A stretch of 64,000 bases of DNA from positions 75,702,001 through 75,766,000 of the forward strand of contig OX597816.1 of NCBI GenBank assembly GCA_951406725.2, in the 5' to 3' direction. A model generated the notes under the pieces. It made no database searches. It worked only from the letters and a program-made list of their open reading frames with translations, and was not told the origin of the DNA. The translations under genes and the position numbers were made by a program. Of this stretch, positions 1 through 13,439 are shown in pieces. Each line of letters opens with the position of its first letter. Position 1 is the stretch's first letter. The DNA is from Octopus vulgaris (Eukaryota).

Positions 1-321
1 TGTGCGTGACTATGCTGCGAATCACACTGGATTCATTTGCTGATTTCACTTCATCAGTTACATACAGAACTGTATGAATATTTAGTGAGGTAAAGACCAA
101 CGAAAAATACCTGCTTGGGTTAATCCAGCCATAATCTTCACTGAGACACTTGAGATGATATAAATAGTTTCAGAAATTGCCCTTTGTAACTATGGAGTTC
201 AGTAGAAAGGAAGTTTGATTATAATACACGAATTATCTTCACAGCTTTGATTTTTCTGATATATAATTCTGTACATGGAAATGTAAATACTAGTAATATT
301 GCAATCTAAATCATCCTGTAA

Positions 322-780
322 ATATATTTTGGCCACATGGAGAGGATAGATGAAGAGCGGATGGTAAGGAAGGTGATGAAGGCAGAAGTGGTAGGCAGCA
401 GAACTAGAGGCAGACCTCGGTTTGTGTGGATGGATGGAGGGAGGAAAGCTTTGGTGGTTAGAGGTGTTGGAGTGAGAGAGGCAAGAGAGTTTATAAATGA
501 TAGGAAAGCTTGGAGAATGTTTGTGGACGGATGAGTGAATTTGATGTTGCTCAAGGGGTACGGAACCAGCATGATGCGGCGTGAGTAAACCAGCATATGC
601 TGTCTGGCCCCGCTGCTGATATTGGGGATTGCATTCTATGCCTTGACTCGAGCATAAAACAGGGCTCGCCTCCTTGATTTGGGAAAAGAATGGAATGCCT
701 GGTATGTGTCTTGTTCTGGCTACCCCTCATAAAAATGGGCAATAGGCCACACAATTGTGTAAATGGAAGCTGGTTCTGGT
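322..780 (+). mobile_element. RTE-clade LINE 3' fragment (ORF C-terminus plus 3' UTR)
   Basis: Translation YFGHMERIDEERMVRKVM...GSRTRGRPRFVWMD...DRKAWR matches the conserved RTE C-terminal GH..R / GRP..W.D / DR..WR pattern. Confidence 0.75.
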
Positions 781-2007
781 TCAAACTTGTTGCATTAAAA
801 TCACGACAATATTATATGAATATAATATGTTTTATTAAGGATTTTTCATATTTTAATTACTCCTTTATGTTTAGTTGGCAGCAATAACGTTCTCTAAGCT
901 CAATATTTCACGACGTTTTCGGTCTCATCATTGAAATGATATGATAGCTTTATTCGCGAGTTATTAATGCACTTTTCATTAGATGGTAAAGTATAATAGA
1001 AAAACTGTTATAACTGGTCAAAGCGTCAGCACCGAAATGATCATATTTGGTTCCTATTTTGGAAATAATAAAGTTTCCACAGTTAATCCCCTTTTTTGGG
1101 GGGTATTCCATAAAGGATTATAACATTGTCAACTAATATTTAACCGTAATATTATTCGTTTCTATGGGACCTTGTAAATGTTTATAACACATACACACAT
1201 ATTTACATGCGTACATACATATGCATGTATGAATGTATGCATGTGTGTATGTATGTATGTATGTATGTATGTATGTATGTATGTATGTATGTATGTATGT
1301 ATGTGTGAGTGTGTGCGTCTGTGTGTGTGTGCGTGCGTGTGTGCATGCACGCGTGAGTGTGCGCGTGCGAGAGGTGTATGCTATCGGTTAGTTAAACGAC
1401 TGGAAAGCTAACGTTGAATAGTAAGCCGACTATTTTGTGAAGTTAGTTGGGTTTAGAAATATCCTAAGTTCTAAGAGTGAATAGCAGTGACAAGACAAGC
1501 AATCTTCAGATGGAAAATACTTAACTGCTTTATGTTAGTGTATAAATAATGAAGAAAAGTAATCAATTAATCAGGTAATGGAACTCAGTATTCAATATGG
1601 TCTCGTTTTTTTTTTGTAAAAGACTACTGGGAGGTGCGTTTTTGTAGTTAAATTTAGTTTGTGTCTGGTGGAATGAGAGCTTGGTAGTCGGCATTCGTGT
1701 CGGACATCCGTCGGTCAATGCATTTGTACGTGTGACGCCCTAGGTCATCGTAGACAACGACTGACAACATTATTATTGCATGTATGTGCAGGATTGGTCA
1801 AGATTTTGGGAAGAAGACTAGCAGTTGCTCGTACATCCAAGTATCCACTCTTCCCGCTACTGATTGAGAGATAGGAAAAGGCTGCCGACTTCAACCGATA
1901 GAGTACCTATGTCATCGCAGACCTTGCAGCCAGGACATGAAGAACTGGGATAGAGACCACATGGCATTTCGCCCGATCCTTTTACTGATCTACCAACACC
2001 CACCTTG

Positions 2008-2107
2008 CATTGGTACTTTTTATCGACCCGAAAGAAAGAAAGGTAAAGCGGGCCTTTGCGAAACAAACACCGTGAGGCATTCTAACCACTAACGACTCTG
2101 CCAGTTT
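2008..2107 (-). mobile_element. Degraded fragment of SINE family A
   Basis: ggtactttttatcgacccgaaag and ctaacgactctgccag match the better copies at 14047-14460 and 36003-36235. Confidence 0.6.
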
Positions 2108-4027
2108 ACACATCTAACGCATCACATGTGTTTGACTTAACCATATACTTTCCTCAACAGCCGTTTTTTGAGGTGAGCTTCATTTTGTATGGTGTCAATT
2201 TTGCAATTGAAATTGGATAAACGACAGCTTAGCAATTCACTTAGTTTATTGCTCAAATATAGACTGAATAATTGACTATTGTTTCGTTAGGTAGTAGGTA
2301 TGATACGAACTTCTCTGATGGAGGGAAAATCTGTCAATTGAGAGAAATATCATTGTACTTATAGTCGTAATGAAAATACTTTTTGAGTTCCGATTTCAAT
2401 ATATAAAATTCCCCTCTATTTTGTAATAAACCTATACGAAATGTTTTTTTTCTCACGTTTCAACGCAATAGTATTGAATTTCTAAATCATCATGATTTTA
2501 AAGATATTTTCAAATGGTATGTGTTTAAAATCGTTCTCCAAATGCAAAGGTTTGGCACACTTGCGTCTTATCGTTTAGATTCGGTTTCACCTACGCATTT
2601 TGAGAGAAATTTGGCAACTGTAGAATGTGTGTGTGAACCTGTTAGAGGAAATGTTCCTGCTTTGGGTGGACGCCTTAATCTGTCGCCTTGTTGGACACTA
2701 CCAGACTCCTCGGTACTTTTTCGCAGTGTATACTCAGTTGCAAACTTCTAGGCCTCTTCCCTTCTTCATACAGCTCTCAAAGTTCTTAAGATGAGTCATG
2801 GAGACTGTAGTGTCTTCTCTCAGTCATTAAAATATTTGGCGCATTTACATGTAAAAGTGTTTTGAAAATATCAAGCCGTATTCTTGCAGCAATAAATGAC
2901 AACATGCGCCCCGTTCTTTCCAACACGGTTGGGGATAAATTAGGGGAAGATGTTTTGTTGCTATTTCGAGCCAGTCAGGTGACTATGTAGGCATTTTGTC
3001 CGAGGGTCTAACGATTCTTCGAATCCATTGCAGTCAATTCCATATGAACTATTACTTCAAAGTTAGTTGAGCAGAGCCTCAGATCTGAAAGTTTGCTTTA
3101 TAGAATCTTCTACGTCTAGTTCTGATCCAGAGAAACTCATTTGTCAGTGACCATTTCTACACCAACGTTCGAACTTGCGGGTATTTCTATAGAACCTTAC
3201 ATTTCGTGGTGGTTAATTTCATAGACACTAGTATCTTCTGGTCTATCATGCAGAAATTTATACGTCATATTAGAGGTAACGAGCATCGCTATAATAACTT
3301 AGAATCAAGATCAGCGCATTAGCTCATCCGCAGATGTGAGTGACACCGGCAATAATAACACCACCACCACTACCACCAACAAGAACAAGAACAAGAACAA
3401 CAACAAGAACAAGAACAAGAACAACAACAACAACAAAAACAACAACAACACTACTAATGGTGAAATTTATACCAATCAACTAATGTAGTCTTTAGTAACT
3501 CATTATTTCGCGCCTGGATATGTTACTGTGTATTTATTTACACATTATTGATTGATTGTCATAAGAATATTTCTTGTTCAGATCTTATCATACTGATGTA
3601 CTGATGTATGACTGATGTATAACTATTTACACTTAACTTTACACGCTATTTAGACGCGTGATACACTGTTATATCAAGCAACACTGACATATGTACACAG
3701 ACACACTTTCACAAATATACAGAATGCTTCCCATAAGTAAAGTAGCATATTTCCGTGTACGCGCGCGCGCACACACACATTCCCAAAGAGGTAACATGCA
3801 CTCTGTTGAGGTCATGTGTGTCTTATTACTATACATGCATAAATGCGCACATACATACATTCATATATATATACGTGTGTGTGTGTTTGTGAGTGTGTGT
3901 GTGTGTGTGTATGTGCGCGTGCGTGTGCGTGCGTGTGTCTATATATGTATATATATATATAAATTTTTTTTCCGTAATGAGATAAAATACCAAGGCTGTG
4001 TAGATTTTAGAACATTTATAGATAGAA

Positions 4028-4077
4028 AGTCTTACAGCTGTTTCCAGGATATTTATCATATCCCTTCATCGGCGACG
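4028..4077 (-). ncRNA. Type I hammerhead ribozyme motif (U4C variant) in a (TA)n-flanked PLE-like remnant (about 3965-4260)
   Basis: Minus strand reads gtcg-CCGATGA-ag-ggatat-gataa-atatcc-tg-GAA-ACAGCTGT-A-agac: stem II ggatat/atatcc, palindromic stem III, GUA cleavage triplet, imperfect stem I. Confidence 0.7.
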
Positions 4078-4290
4078 GTGTGAGAGGATGGTTAAGAAAT
4101 AGTTGATTTGGATAAGATACAAAATAGAGAGTGAGGTGGAGGAAATAAAAGAAAATAGATGTGAGATATGTAGGGCTATTGTATCTGTAGATCCATTTTT
4201 TAAATGCAGAATGGCATACATATAAGATTCCAATACCTTATGAGTAAAATCCAATAGTATTTGATTATATATATATAATCAAATCACTAC

Positions 4291-5094
<804 letters not shown>

Positions 5095-5095
<1 letters not shown>

Positions 5096-5327
5096 TTTAT
5101 TTAAAAGCAGCAGAAATTCAACAAAACATGTTACTCGGAGTTTCACGTTCCCGTTCGTCGGACAGTTTTGTTAAAATTTTAGCAAAACTGTCCGACGAAC
5201 GGGAACGTGAAACTCCGAGTAACAGGTTTTGTTGAATTTCTGCCGCTTTTAAATAAAGCATATTACTCTACTCCTGGTATTTGAGTACTCTTTTTTCCAC
5301 CTTGTTTCACATTTATATGTTTACTAC

Positions 5328-5330
<3 letters not shown>
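5095..5330. mobile_element. Near-perfect palindrome of about 164 bp (5095-5258) plus tail, between (TA)n arrays, with a hammerhead on each strand
   Basis: Arms differ at about 3 positions, centre at 5176/5177, no spacer. Confidence 0.8.
5184..5230 (+). ncRNA. Minimal type I hammerhead motif (U4C); mirror copy at 5123-5169 on minus
   Basis: aaaactgt-CCGACGA-ACG-ggaa-CGT-GAA-ACTC-c-GAGT-A-acaggtttt: GNRA-capped stem II, stem III with a 1-nt loop (typical of dimer-dependent hammerheads), GUA triplet. Confidence 0.75.
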
Positions 5331-5391
<61 letters not shown>

Positions 5392-5834
5392 TATATATAT
5401 ATATTCACCTATGCGTAAATAGCACACGCATACACTTATCAAGAAATAAATGAATCTCTGTCAGCTTGGAAGAGGAATAGTCAGTTGCTCAATCAACTAT
5501 AGTATCAGGTCACAGAATGTGGATGGCCACTTAACCCAAAGTACGTAGCCGCAATAGCAAGAGTATCTTCAAGTGCTTATTTTAAAGGATCCCTCAAGCT
5601 TTGCGGTAAGTTAGTTGTTTCTCTTGCGTGAAATGTACCTGCAAAATGATGTAGTAAGGATTACTTATTAATGTAGCGAATGTTTGTTGTGCAGAGGAAC
5701 AATTAGTGTTTGGATTCCTAGCAGAATGTATAAATTCCTGCAGGTAGTCGTATGTGACAAAACGCTGGATATTCGTAGGATCGAAAGCACGTTCGCCGAC
5801 TAATTTTATTCCAATCTTGGTGACGCGACACTTC

Positions 5835-5912
<78 letters not shown>

Positions 5913-5995
5913 AATTTATATATAGAGGGCATTATTATACATACATGCCACACGCTAAAAGGGACAAATATATATATATATATATATATATTTAT

Positions 5996-6269
5996 GGAGG
6001 CGCAATGGACCAGTGTTTAAGGCAGCGGACTCGCGGTTGTAGGATCGCGGTTTCGACTCCCAGACCGAGCGTTGTGAGTGTTTATTGAGCGAAAACACCT
6101 AAAGCTCCACAAGTCTCCGGCAGGGGGGCGGTGGCGATCCCTGCTGTACTCTTTCGCCACAACTTTCTCTCACTCTTTCTTCTGTTGGCCTGTTCGCTTA
6201 GCCAATCATTTGGAGGCTAAAACAATGCGAAGCGATGTGTAACAAAATCTGATAGCCTGGTCGGTCACG

Positions 6270-6273
<4 letters not shown>
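5996..6273 (+). mobile_element. tRNA-derived SINE (family C)
   Basis: GGAGGCGCAATGGACCAGTGTTTAAGGCAGCGGACTCGCGG...GGTTTCGACTCC contains Pol III A-box-like and B-box-like motifs, followed by a non-tRNA body; flanked by (TA)n. Confidence 0.75.
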
Positions 6274-6350
<77 letters not shown>

Positions 6351-6399
6351 GTATATATATGTATATATGTATGTATGTATGTATATGCATGTATGTGTA

Positions 6400-6469
<70 letters not shown>

Positions 6470-6689
6470 CATACACGCACATACATATACATATGGTGAA
6501 ATCACGCGATACAATAGTGCCATACACCTATGGTGACAAGAATTTTGTCAGTCGGTATAGTACGTGTTTTTTTAGCGTTTCTCGTTTGTACGAGATTTCT
6601 TGGGATGTTCACCGGTGTCTAAGGCTTTCTAAACGACACAGGCAATTTAGCCAACTATATATATTCTTTTATTCTTTTTTCTTTTATTT

Positions 6690-7035
6690 GTTTCAGTCGA
6701 GCAAATCGACCCCAGAACTTATTCTTTGTAAGCCTAGTACTTATTCTATCGTTCTTCTTTGCCGAACCGCTAAGTTACGGGGACGTAAACATACCAGCAT
6801 CGGTTGTCAAGCGATGTTGGGGGGACAAACACAGACACACAAACGTACACACGCACACACAAATATATATATACGACGGGCTTCTTTCAGTTTCTGTCTA
6901 CCAAATCTACTCACAAGGCTTTGGTCGGCCCGAGGCTATAGTAGAAGACACTTGCTCAAGGTGCCACGCAGTGGGACTGAACCCGAAACCATGTGGTTCG
7001 TAAGCAAGCTACTTACCACATAGCCACTCCTACGC

Positions 7036-7037
<2 letters not shown>
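6690..7037 (-). mobile_element. tRNA-derived SINE family B (CORE-like domain, internal microsatellite)
   Basis: Minus strand: GGCGTAGGAGTGGCTATGTGGTAAGTAGC...GGTTCAGTCCC head, then GGCACCTTGAGCAAGTGTCTT CORE-like motif. Homologues at 12845, 14695, 35020, 47860, 49075 and 62880. Confidence 0.85.
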
Positions 7038-7115
<78 letters not shown>

Positions 7116-7279
7116 CTCATCTAATGAAAATGAATTATACATGAGGTACTTTAAGTTTCATGCTTTGATAGTGCAGTAATCGCATAGGCTTGTATAGTGT
7201 ACCGTATGCATCCAGAAATGGCTTAGGCTCAAACGACAGGTTGTTCCGCGAGGAAATGCGAGAAAAAGTGAGGAAATAT

Positions 7280-8035
7280 TACGAGAAGAAATGGGAAGAA
7301 AACGCATTCCCTACTATAATAGTATCCTGGCCTCCAGTGGTTTTAAAGAAACGATAATATACATTCCAACCAAGACAAGAACCAAGCCTAAAAATTGGAA
7401 AGTTATGTGGTATGCGTCTACATTTCCTTGAGTGTTAGTACTAAAGTAGGTCAACAAAAAATCCTAGTTTTGAGAGATAATAAAATTTTCCTTAACATTC
7501 GCAAATATAAGAATATCTTCAATAATCTGTCCCTGAAAGTTTCCTACAGCCGCGGTCCTAATATGAAAACCTCTGTTTACTTAAGCCAATCAAGATTCCC
7601 ATTCCTGACTGCAACTGCAGGTACGAATACTTCTTCACTAGAAGGTATGCGTTAGCTCAGTCGTATGCGAATATGATGTCACCTCTGTGCCGCCAAACAA
7701 AGGCACTATAAGATAAAAATATATTGGAATCTGGGAAGCGATTTAAAAAAGAGTACGTTAATTACTAGTCTTCTTTGAAGCACATAGACAAAAGAAAAGC
7801 ACAAAGCTAGCAAGCCTTATCTAGGAAATAAAGAACAGCATTAAGCTAGACACCACCAAGTAGAGCATAGTAGAGCACCACCAAGTAGAGCATACAATAA
7901 TAGTTTAAAACATTCAGGCTCTGTATAACTAACTGAAAAACATGTCCTTTTTGATTGAAGAACTATGCCGACATTTTAAACTCGAGTTAAAGAGCTTTCA
8001 CGAGATGTATGCATCGCGATAAGTTTCTGATATTG
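7280..8035 (+). pseudogene. Penelope-like element C-terminal region with GIY-YIG endonuclease, decayed
   Basis: Broken frames give VSTKVG...IFNNLSLKVSYSRGPNMK, CNCR...LEG, KYIGI, KSTKLA, LC..EK and the terminal RCMHRDKFL, in the order expected for a PLE C-terminus. Confidence 0.7.
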
Positions 8036-8940
8036 AACTGGAATCCCTAGCACCAGATTAGATACACAGGTTCATGTATTTTAGCATTTCCATCTTTCAA
8101 CTATCCTCCTTAACGATATTTTTTTCTTTTAGATGTAAACACCCAGCGTTAAGACTAGTCTTCATTTAACGGGTTACAGGGTCATAAACATTATTTCCCT
8201 TTCCCTTAAGGATTTCTTGTAATTTATTCTCGTTTTTATTTTTTGCATTTCCTTGTGGAGTGGCCATGTCATCTGGACCTAAGCAATTGCCGAATTGTGC
8301 TAGGTATGCTATATAATCCCGTTCGACTATTACACTATCCGTATTGTAGCTGACGTATAACTCCCGTGTTCATTAAATAACACTCATCTCTCATTGAATT
8401 GAGAGCCTTTCTGCTGATCTGCCAACAGGCTAACGCTATATATAATCACACACACTCACACACATATATACATACATATTCATGTACATGCGTATATACA
8501 TATGTAAACACATACGGTTACACACATATATCCGCCTAAAAGCATAGTGTACGCACACTCATAAATATAGGCGCGTACGATTGACGTAAACGTGATAATA
8601 TTTACGAACACACATGGATGTCACAGGACAACGATACACACTAACTAGGCTACCGATTATGCATTTCACCATGCACATACTCTCATGGAAATAATGTAAT
8701 GCACAGTTACACAAGTATACATAGAATATCACTATTCAAGGAAACACGGGATCATTTTTCTTCAAAGATACGCCACATATAGGTACGTACAGTCATTACA
8801 TACAGTCATCACACACATACATACATACATAGATATATACATACATACATACATACATACATACATACATACAAAAATACATGCATACATACATACCTAC
8901 ATACACACACACATAAATACATACACATACACACACACAC

Positions 8941-9556
8941 ATAATTGTTAAAGAAGACAACAAACAGTAAGGCAAGGCAAACATCTCAAGTCGTATACAA
9001 TATTATTATTAGAAAAAAATTTCAAAGTCTTAAAGATGTTTCTAGGATATCCCCCAGTATGGGATATTCCGTCTTCAGAGACTAATAAGAAAAAATAGGG
9101 AAAATGAGAATGGTATATGTTGATGAGATGACGGCATAGAGGAAGGGTGTAAAAGAATAAGGAGATGGAGAGAAATAATATGTTCGCGTCTTTTTTTCTC
9201 TGGATGTTTACTATATCAGGATTTTAACCCACATGGATCTACGCAGGATTTCACCTAAGTATTTATGCTCTTGTTTCTACATCGGAAAGTTGAACTATGA
9301 ACTTTTATGCTTCTTTTTTTCTTCTCTCTCTCCATCTCCGTATTCCTTTACTCCCTTCCTCTATGTTGTCATCTCATTAATATATAGCATTCTCATTTTC
9401 CCTATTTTTCCTTATTTGTCTCTGATGACGGAATGTCCCATACTCTGGGATATCCCAGAAACATCTGTAACACTGAATTTTTTTCCAATAATAATATTGT
9501 ATATGGCTTGAGATGTTTGTCTTGCCTTAATGTTTGTTGTTCTCTTTAACAATTAT
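8941..9556. mobile_element. Fold-back element: inverted arms of about 230 bp (8941-9173 and 9326-9556), each with a hammerhead motif
   Basis: Arms align as reverse complements along their length. Flanked by (CA)/(TACA)n on the left and TA repeats on the right. Confidence 0.8.
9418..9474 (+). ncRNA. Type I hammerhead motif; mirror copy at 9026-9083 on minus
   Basis: gtct-CTGATGA-cgga-atgtccca-tactc-tgggatat-ccca-GAA-AC-atct-GT-A-acac. The minus copy has a perfect agtct/agact stem I and CTGAAGA, but its cleavage triplet is TTA. Confidence 0.75.
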
Positions 9557-9699
9557 ATATATCCTGCATCGGAAATATGCAATGGCTCCATAACTACCGT
9601 CTTGGCTATAACCTCGGAGCCCTAGTAATCCGTTTCAGCACTTACCTAGTGTACCTAATCGCTTAGATCACCTGTGAACTAAACCCCCATACTCTGTAT

Positions 9700-9711
9700 T
9701 TATATATATAT

Positions 9712-9776
<65 letters not shown>

Positions 9777-9807
9777 TATACATATATATATATACATATA
9801 TATACAT

Positions 9808-9883
<76 letters not shown>

Positions 9884-9942
9884 CACATTTGTCTCTTATG
9901 CAAATACATACATCCATCAATCAATCAATCAATAGATCTATG

Positions 9943-10023
<81 letters not shown>

Positions 10024-10040
10024 GTCTGTCTGTCTGTCTG
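9700..10040. repeat. Compound (TA)n, (TCAA)n, (TCTA)n microsatellite
   Basis: Read directly. Confidence 0.95.
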
Positions 10041-10814
10041 TCTTTGTGTCTATGTATACACGCACCCACTCACTAACACACACATATACACATAAGCTAG
10101 AATACTTACTAACAAAAATAGACATTGCAAAATATTAAACACCACCTACACCATCAAATAATAAATAGGAATATACTACGACTTGGAGGTGAATAGAAAA
10201 AAAATTGTCATGAACAAAGAGAATATGATTTTCATTTTCTCTCTTTACTCTGTATAGACTTCCGTATATGACTACAAATGTGATAAGAATTGACAGTCTA
10301 AATGTTAAATTTAGATCGTAAGTTAGAAACCTGACTTTCATTTGCTTGGATTGTTACAGTCTATTTTTGTCTGCTTAACATATCTGTAAGCAGACACATT
10401 TATATAACATACATGCATACGTGGCTGGCTAAAGACCGCATCATCACGTCCCTGACCAGCCTCGTATGGCGCTTAAAAGAGGAAGGAACCTCATGCATAA
10501 TAAAATGGAAAATATGGGAACTTATATAAATGGAAGAACCGGGAACTTATATAAAAGTAAACGATGTAAGCTTTTCTTGGCAGACAGAGCAAGAATCTTT
10601 AAAAAAAAAAAGACTCGCTCGACCCGGAGGCCTTCTTAAACATCAGGAAATAAGTATTTAGTAAACACCTTTCTATAAAACGTTTCCTACTACTGACCTG
10701 GAATTCCCTATTCATTAAATAGGCCCGTCGCAGCCATGTTAGTGCTTTCATCCAGTGTTAGTGACTATTATACAAATAATGTCAGCTTCAAATTGTTGAT
10801 CAGAAGTATAGTTC

Positions 10815-11170
10815 TCCTGATACTTCTGGGCAAACAACAGCATCAAACATACGCTCTGAAAAATTTTGCTTCAGAAAACGGATTATGTTTAGCAATTTTA
10901 TAAGCAAGCATAGAACCGACCTTTTAGGCAACATCTAGTATGGTTGACTGTTTTACAAAAGATTAGTTTTGATTTAAACTTCTCAACATGTCACTGGATT
11001 TTTGCCGTTGTTCACTTTCCCATAAATTACTTTCAAAGTTACTGTGTTTGTTCTGAAAATGTCCATTCAAATTATACGCCATAAAAACAATGTCTTGGTG
11101 TATTAGATTCATTACCTTATTTGGATATTTGAAAATAAATATGTTTATGTTCTACGTCAAATGTACAACT
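10815..11170 (-). pseudogene. hAT (SPIN/Charlie, GTF2IRD2-like) transposase N-terminal remnant
   Basis: Minus-strand translation AYNLNGHFQNKH...LAYKIAKHN.PFSEA resembles the hAT YNLxRHxxTKH and IAKxxKPFS motifs. Confidence 0.55.
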
Positions 11171-11227
11171 TACATATTTAACTTTCTCTTTTGCTTTTAA
11201 AAAAAATTTTCAGCCGTCATTGATATT

Positions 11228-11440
11228 ATTTTCTACTCTAGGCACAAGGCCCGAAATTTTTGTGGAGGGGGCCAGTCGATTATATCGACCCCAGTACACA
11301 ACTGGTACTTAATTTATCGACACCGAAAGGATGAAAGGCAAAGTCGACCTCGGCAGAATTTGAACTCACAATGTAACAACAGACGAAATGCCGATAAGCA
11401 TTTCGCTCAGCGTGCTAACATTTCTGCCAGCTCAGCGCCT
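11228..11440 (-). mobile_element. SINE family A, tail type 2
   Basis: GAGCTGGCAGAAATGTTAGCACGC head, GTCGACTTTGCCTTTCATCCTTTCGG body, CCTTGTGCCTAGAGTAGAAA tail. Confidence 0.85.
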
Positions 11441-11472
11441 TAGCCTTTAGTGATATTGTAAGATGTAATGCA

Positions 11473-11612
11473 TAGTAATACCTCACTTGACGAGGATCCG
11501 CTTTACGAGACCTCTGAATTACGAGCTTTAACGAGTTTTATTTCCTGTTTACGAGATTTTCTTTACGGTCATTCTCTGGGAAGGAATTAATTCGTATATC
11601 GAGGCATTACTG
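11473..11612. mobile_element. Short pogo/Tigger-like MITE
   Basis: Imperfect TIRs tagtaatacctc and gaggcattactg followed by TA; internal ttacgag repeats. Confidence 0.55.
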
Positions 11613-11924
11613 TACATTAAAATACTTGAAAGTTACTAAATGTGTTTTGAACGACGCTTTCTTTTTTATTTTTTAATAATAAAAATAAGGTTGGTAATGG
11701 TTGGCGGTCTTTGTTCAAAAGAACAGGATGACCAAAGCTAAGCTGCAGCCAAGAAGTCACGACAAGACAGTTTTCTGCTTTATTAATAATATGTAAAGTT
11801 CAGAAATATATATTGTGGGAAATGTAGAATAAAATTACCCATTAAAATATTTGGTATTACACAGGGAAAGCTATATGATAGTTGACTTGGGATATTAGGA
11901 AGAAATGCATTGAAACACACACAT

Positions 11925-12032
<108 letters not shown>

Positions 12033-12218
12033 GCATGCAAGCGAACACATATTTAGACGCACAATCACACACTGCGTACACACACATATATATATGCATA
12101 TGTATATATATGTACACACACACACATATATATATACATATATGTATAATATTTACAATATATGATATGATATTTATATATCTATATATATGTGTGTGTA
12201 CGTGCGTGTGTGTGTATG

Positions 12219-12267
<49 letters not shown>

Positions 12268-12607
12268 ATAATGTATGTATTATAAATATAATAATGTGCG
12301 GCAGGATAGGATACACTTCAAATAAAACACCTTTATCCAAATTATGACCTACTGCAGTTTCCATTTCTGCTTCTGTTCGGTGTTAGGTGGGAAATTGGTT
12401 TGACATGTCACTTTGCTGGTAAAACTATGAAAAATCATGTGTTTATTACAGATATAGATTTATGATATTGGCCGACGGTCTATATTATCTTCATTATTCA
12501 AGTGATTTAGTAAAAGGATATAAATTCTGCAAATTTTTAAATTGGCGTAGTTAGAGTATAGTGGATAAGAAAGGAAATATCATTGTCGAAGCATTAACTA
12601 CTCAGTT

Positions 12608-12844
<237 letters not shown>

Positions 12845-12847
<3 letters not shown>

Positions 12848-13005
12848 ACGGACTTCTTTCAGTTTCCGACTACCAAATCCACTCACAAGGCTTTGGTCGG
12901 CCTGAGGCTATAATAGAAACACTTGCCCAAGGTGCCACGCAGTGGGAGTGAACCCGAAATCATGTGGTTGGGAAGCAAGCTACTTAGCATACAGCCACTC
13001 CTGTG

Positions 13006-13007
<2 letters not shown>
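12845..13007 (-). mobile_element. SINE family B, 5' half
   Basis: Homologous to 6875-7037. Confidence 0.85.
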
Positions 13008-13043
<36 letters not shown>

Positions 13044-13439
13044 TTAGTATACACAATATTTAATGAGTGCTACTAATAGTTTCATGCTGTGGAAACACGA
13101 CAATTGGGCAGATTTATATAAAGTGGCTTGTGTCGCCAAGCAATCCTTCAGACTTGGTGCACATGGTTAGTCCTATTTGAAAATCAGGGTGAAGGCTGTT
13201 GAGAAAACACGTAAAAAAACGGGAAGATTGATGCAAAAAGTGGAGCGAGAATAAAAACGGGAAAAGAAAAGAAAAGAAAGAAGGAAGACCAAGATTTACG
13301 TCCCATTTGTCCGTAGAAATCATTATTATTATCATCATTAATCTAGCTGATGTATAATAATTTTACGGGGAAGAAGAGAAAGTCTGCAAGGTAGCTGCTC
13401 AATCCGGTGAGTGTGGTGTCCTCGAGTTAGACAACAGAA

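Noticed and set aside
8-60. CTGATGA on the minus strand near the window start
   Set aside because: No correctly placed GAAA or stem III, and the context is truncated.
2521-2860. 76-aa ORF and a possible Tc1-like ESGSV...RP remnant on the minus strand
   Set aside because: Similarity is too weak to support a call.
5996-6070. Possible tRNA gene
   Set aside because: No proper acceptor stem or terminator, and it continues into a SINE body.
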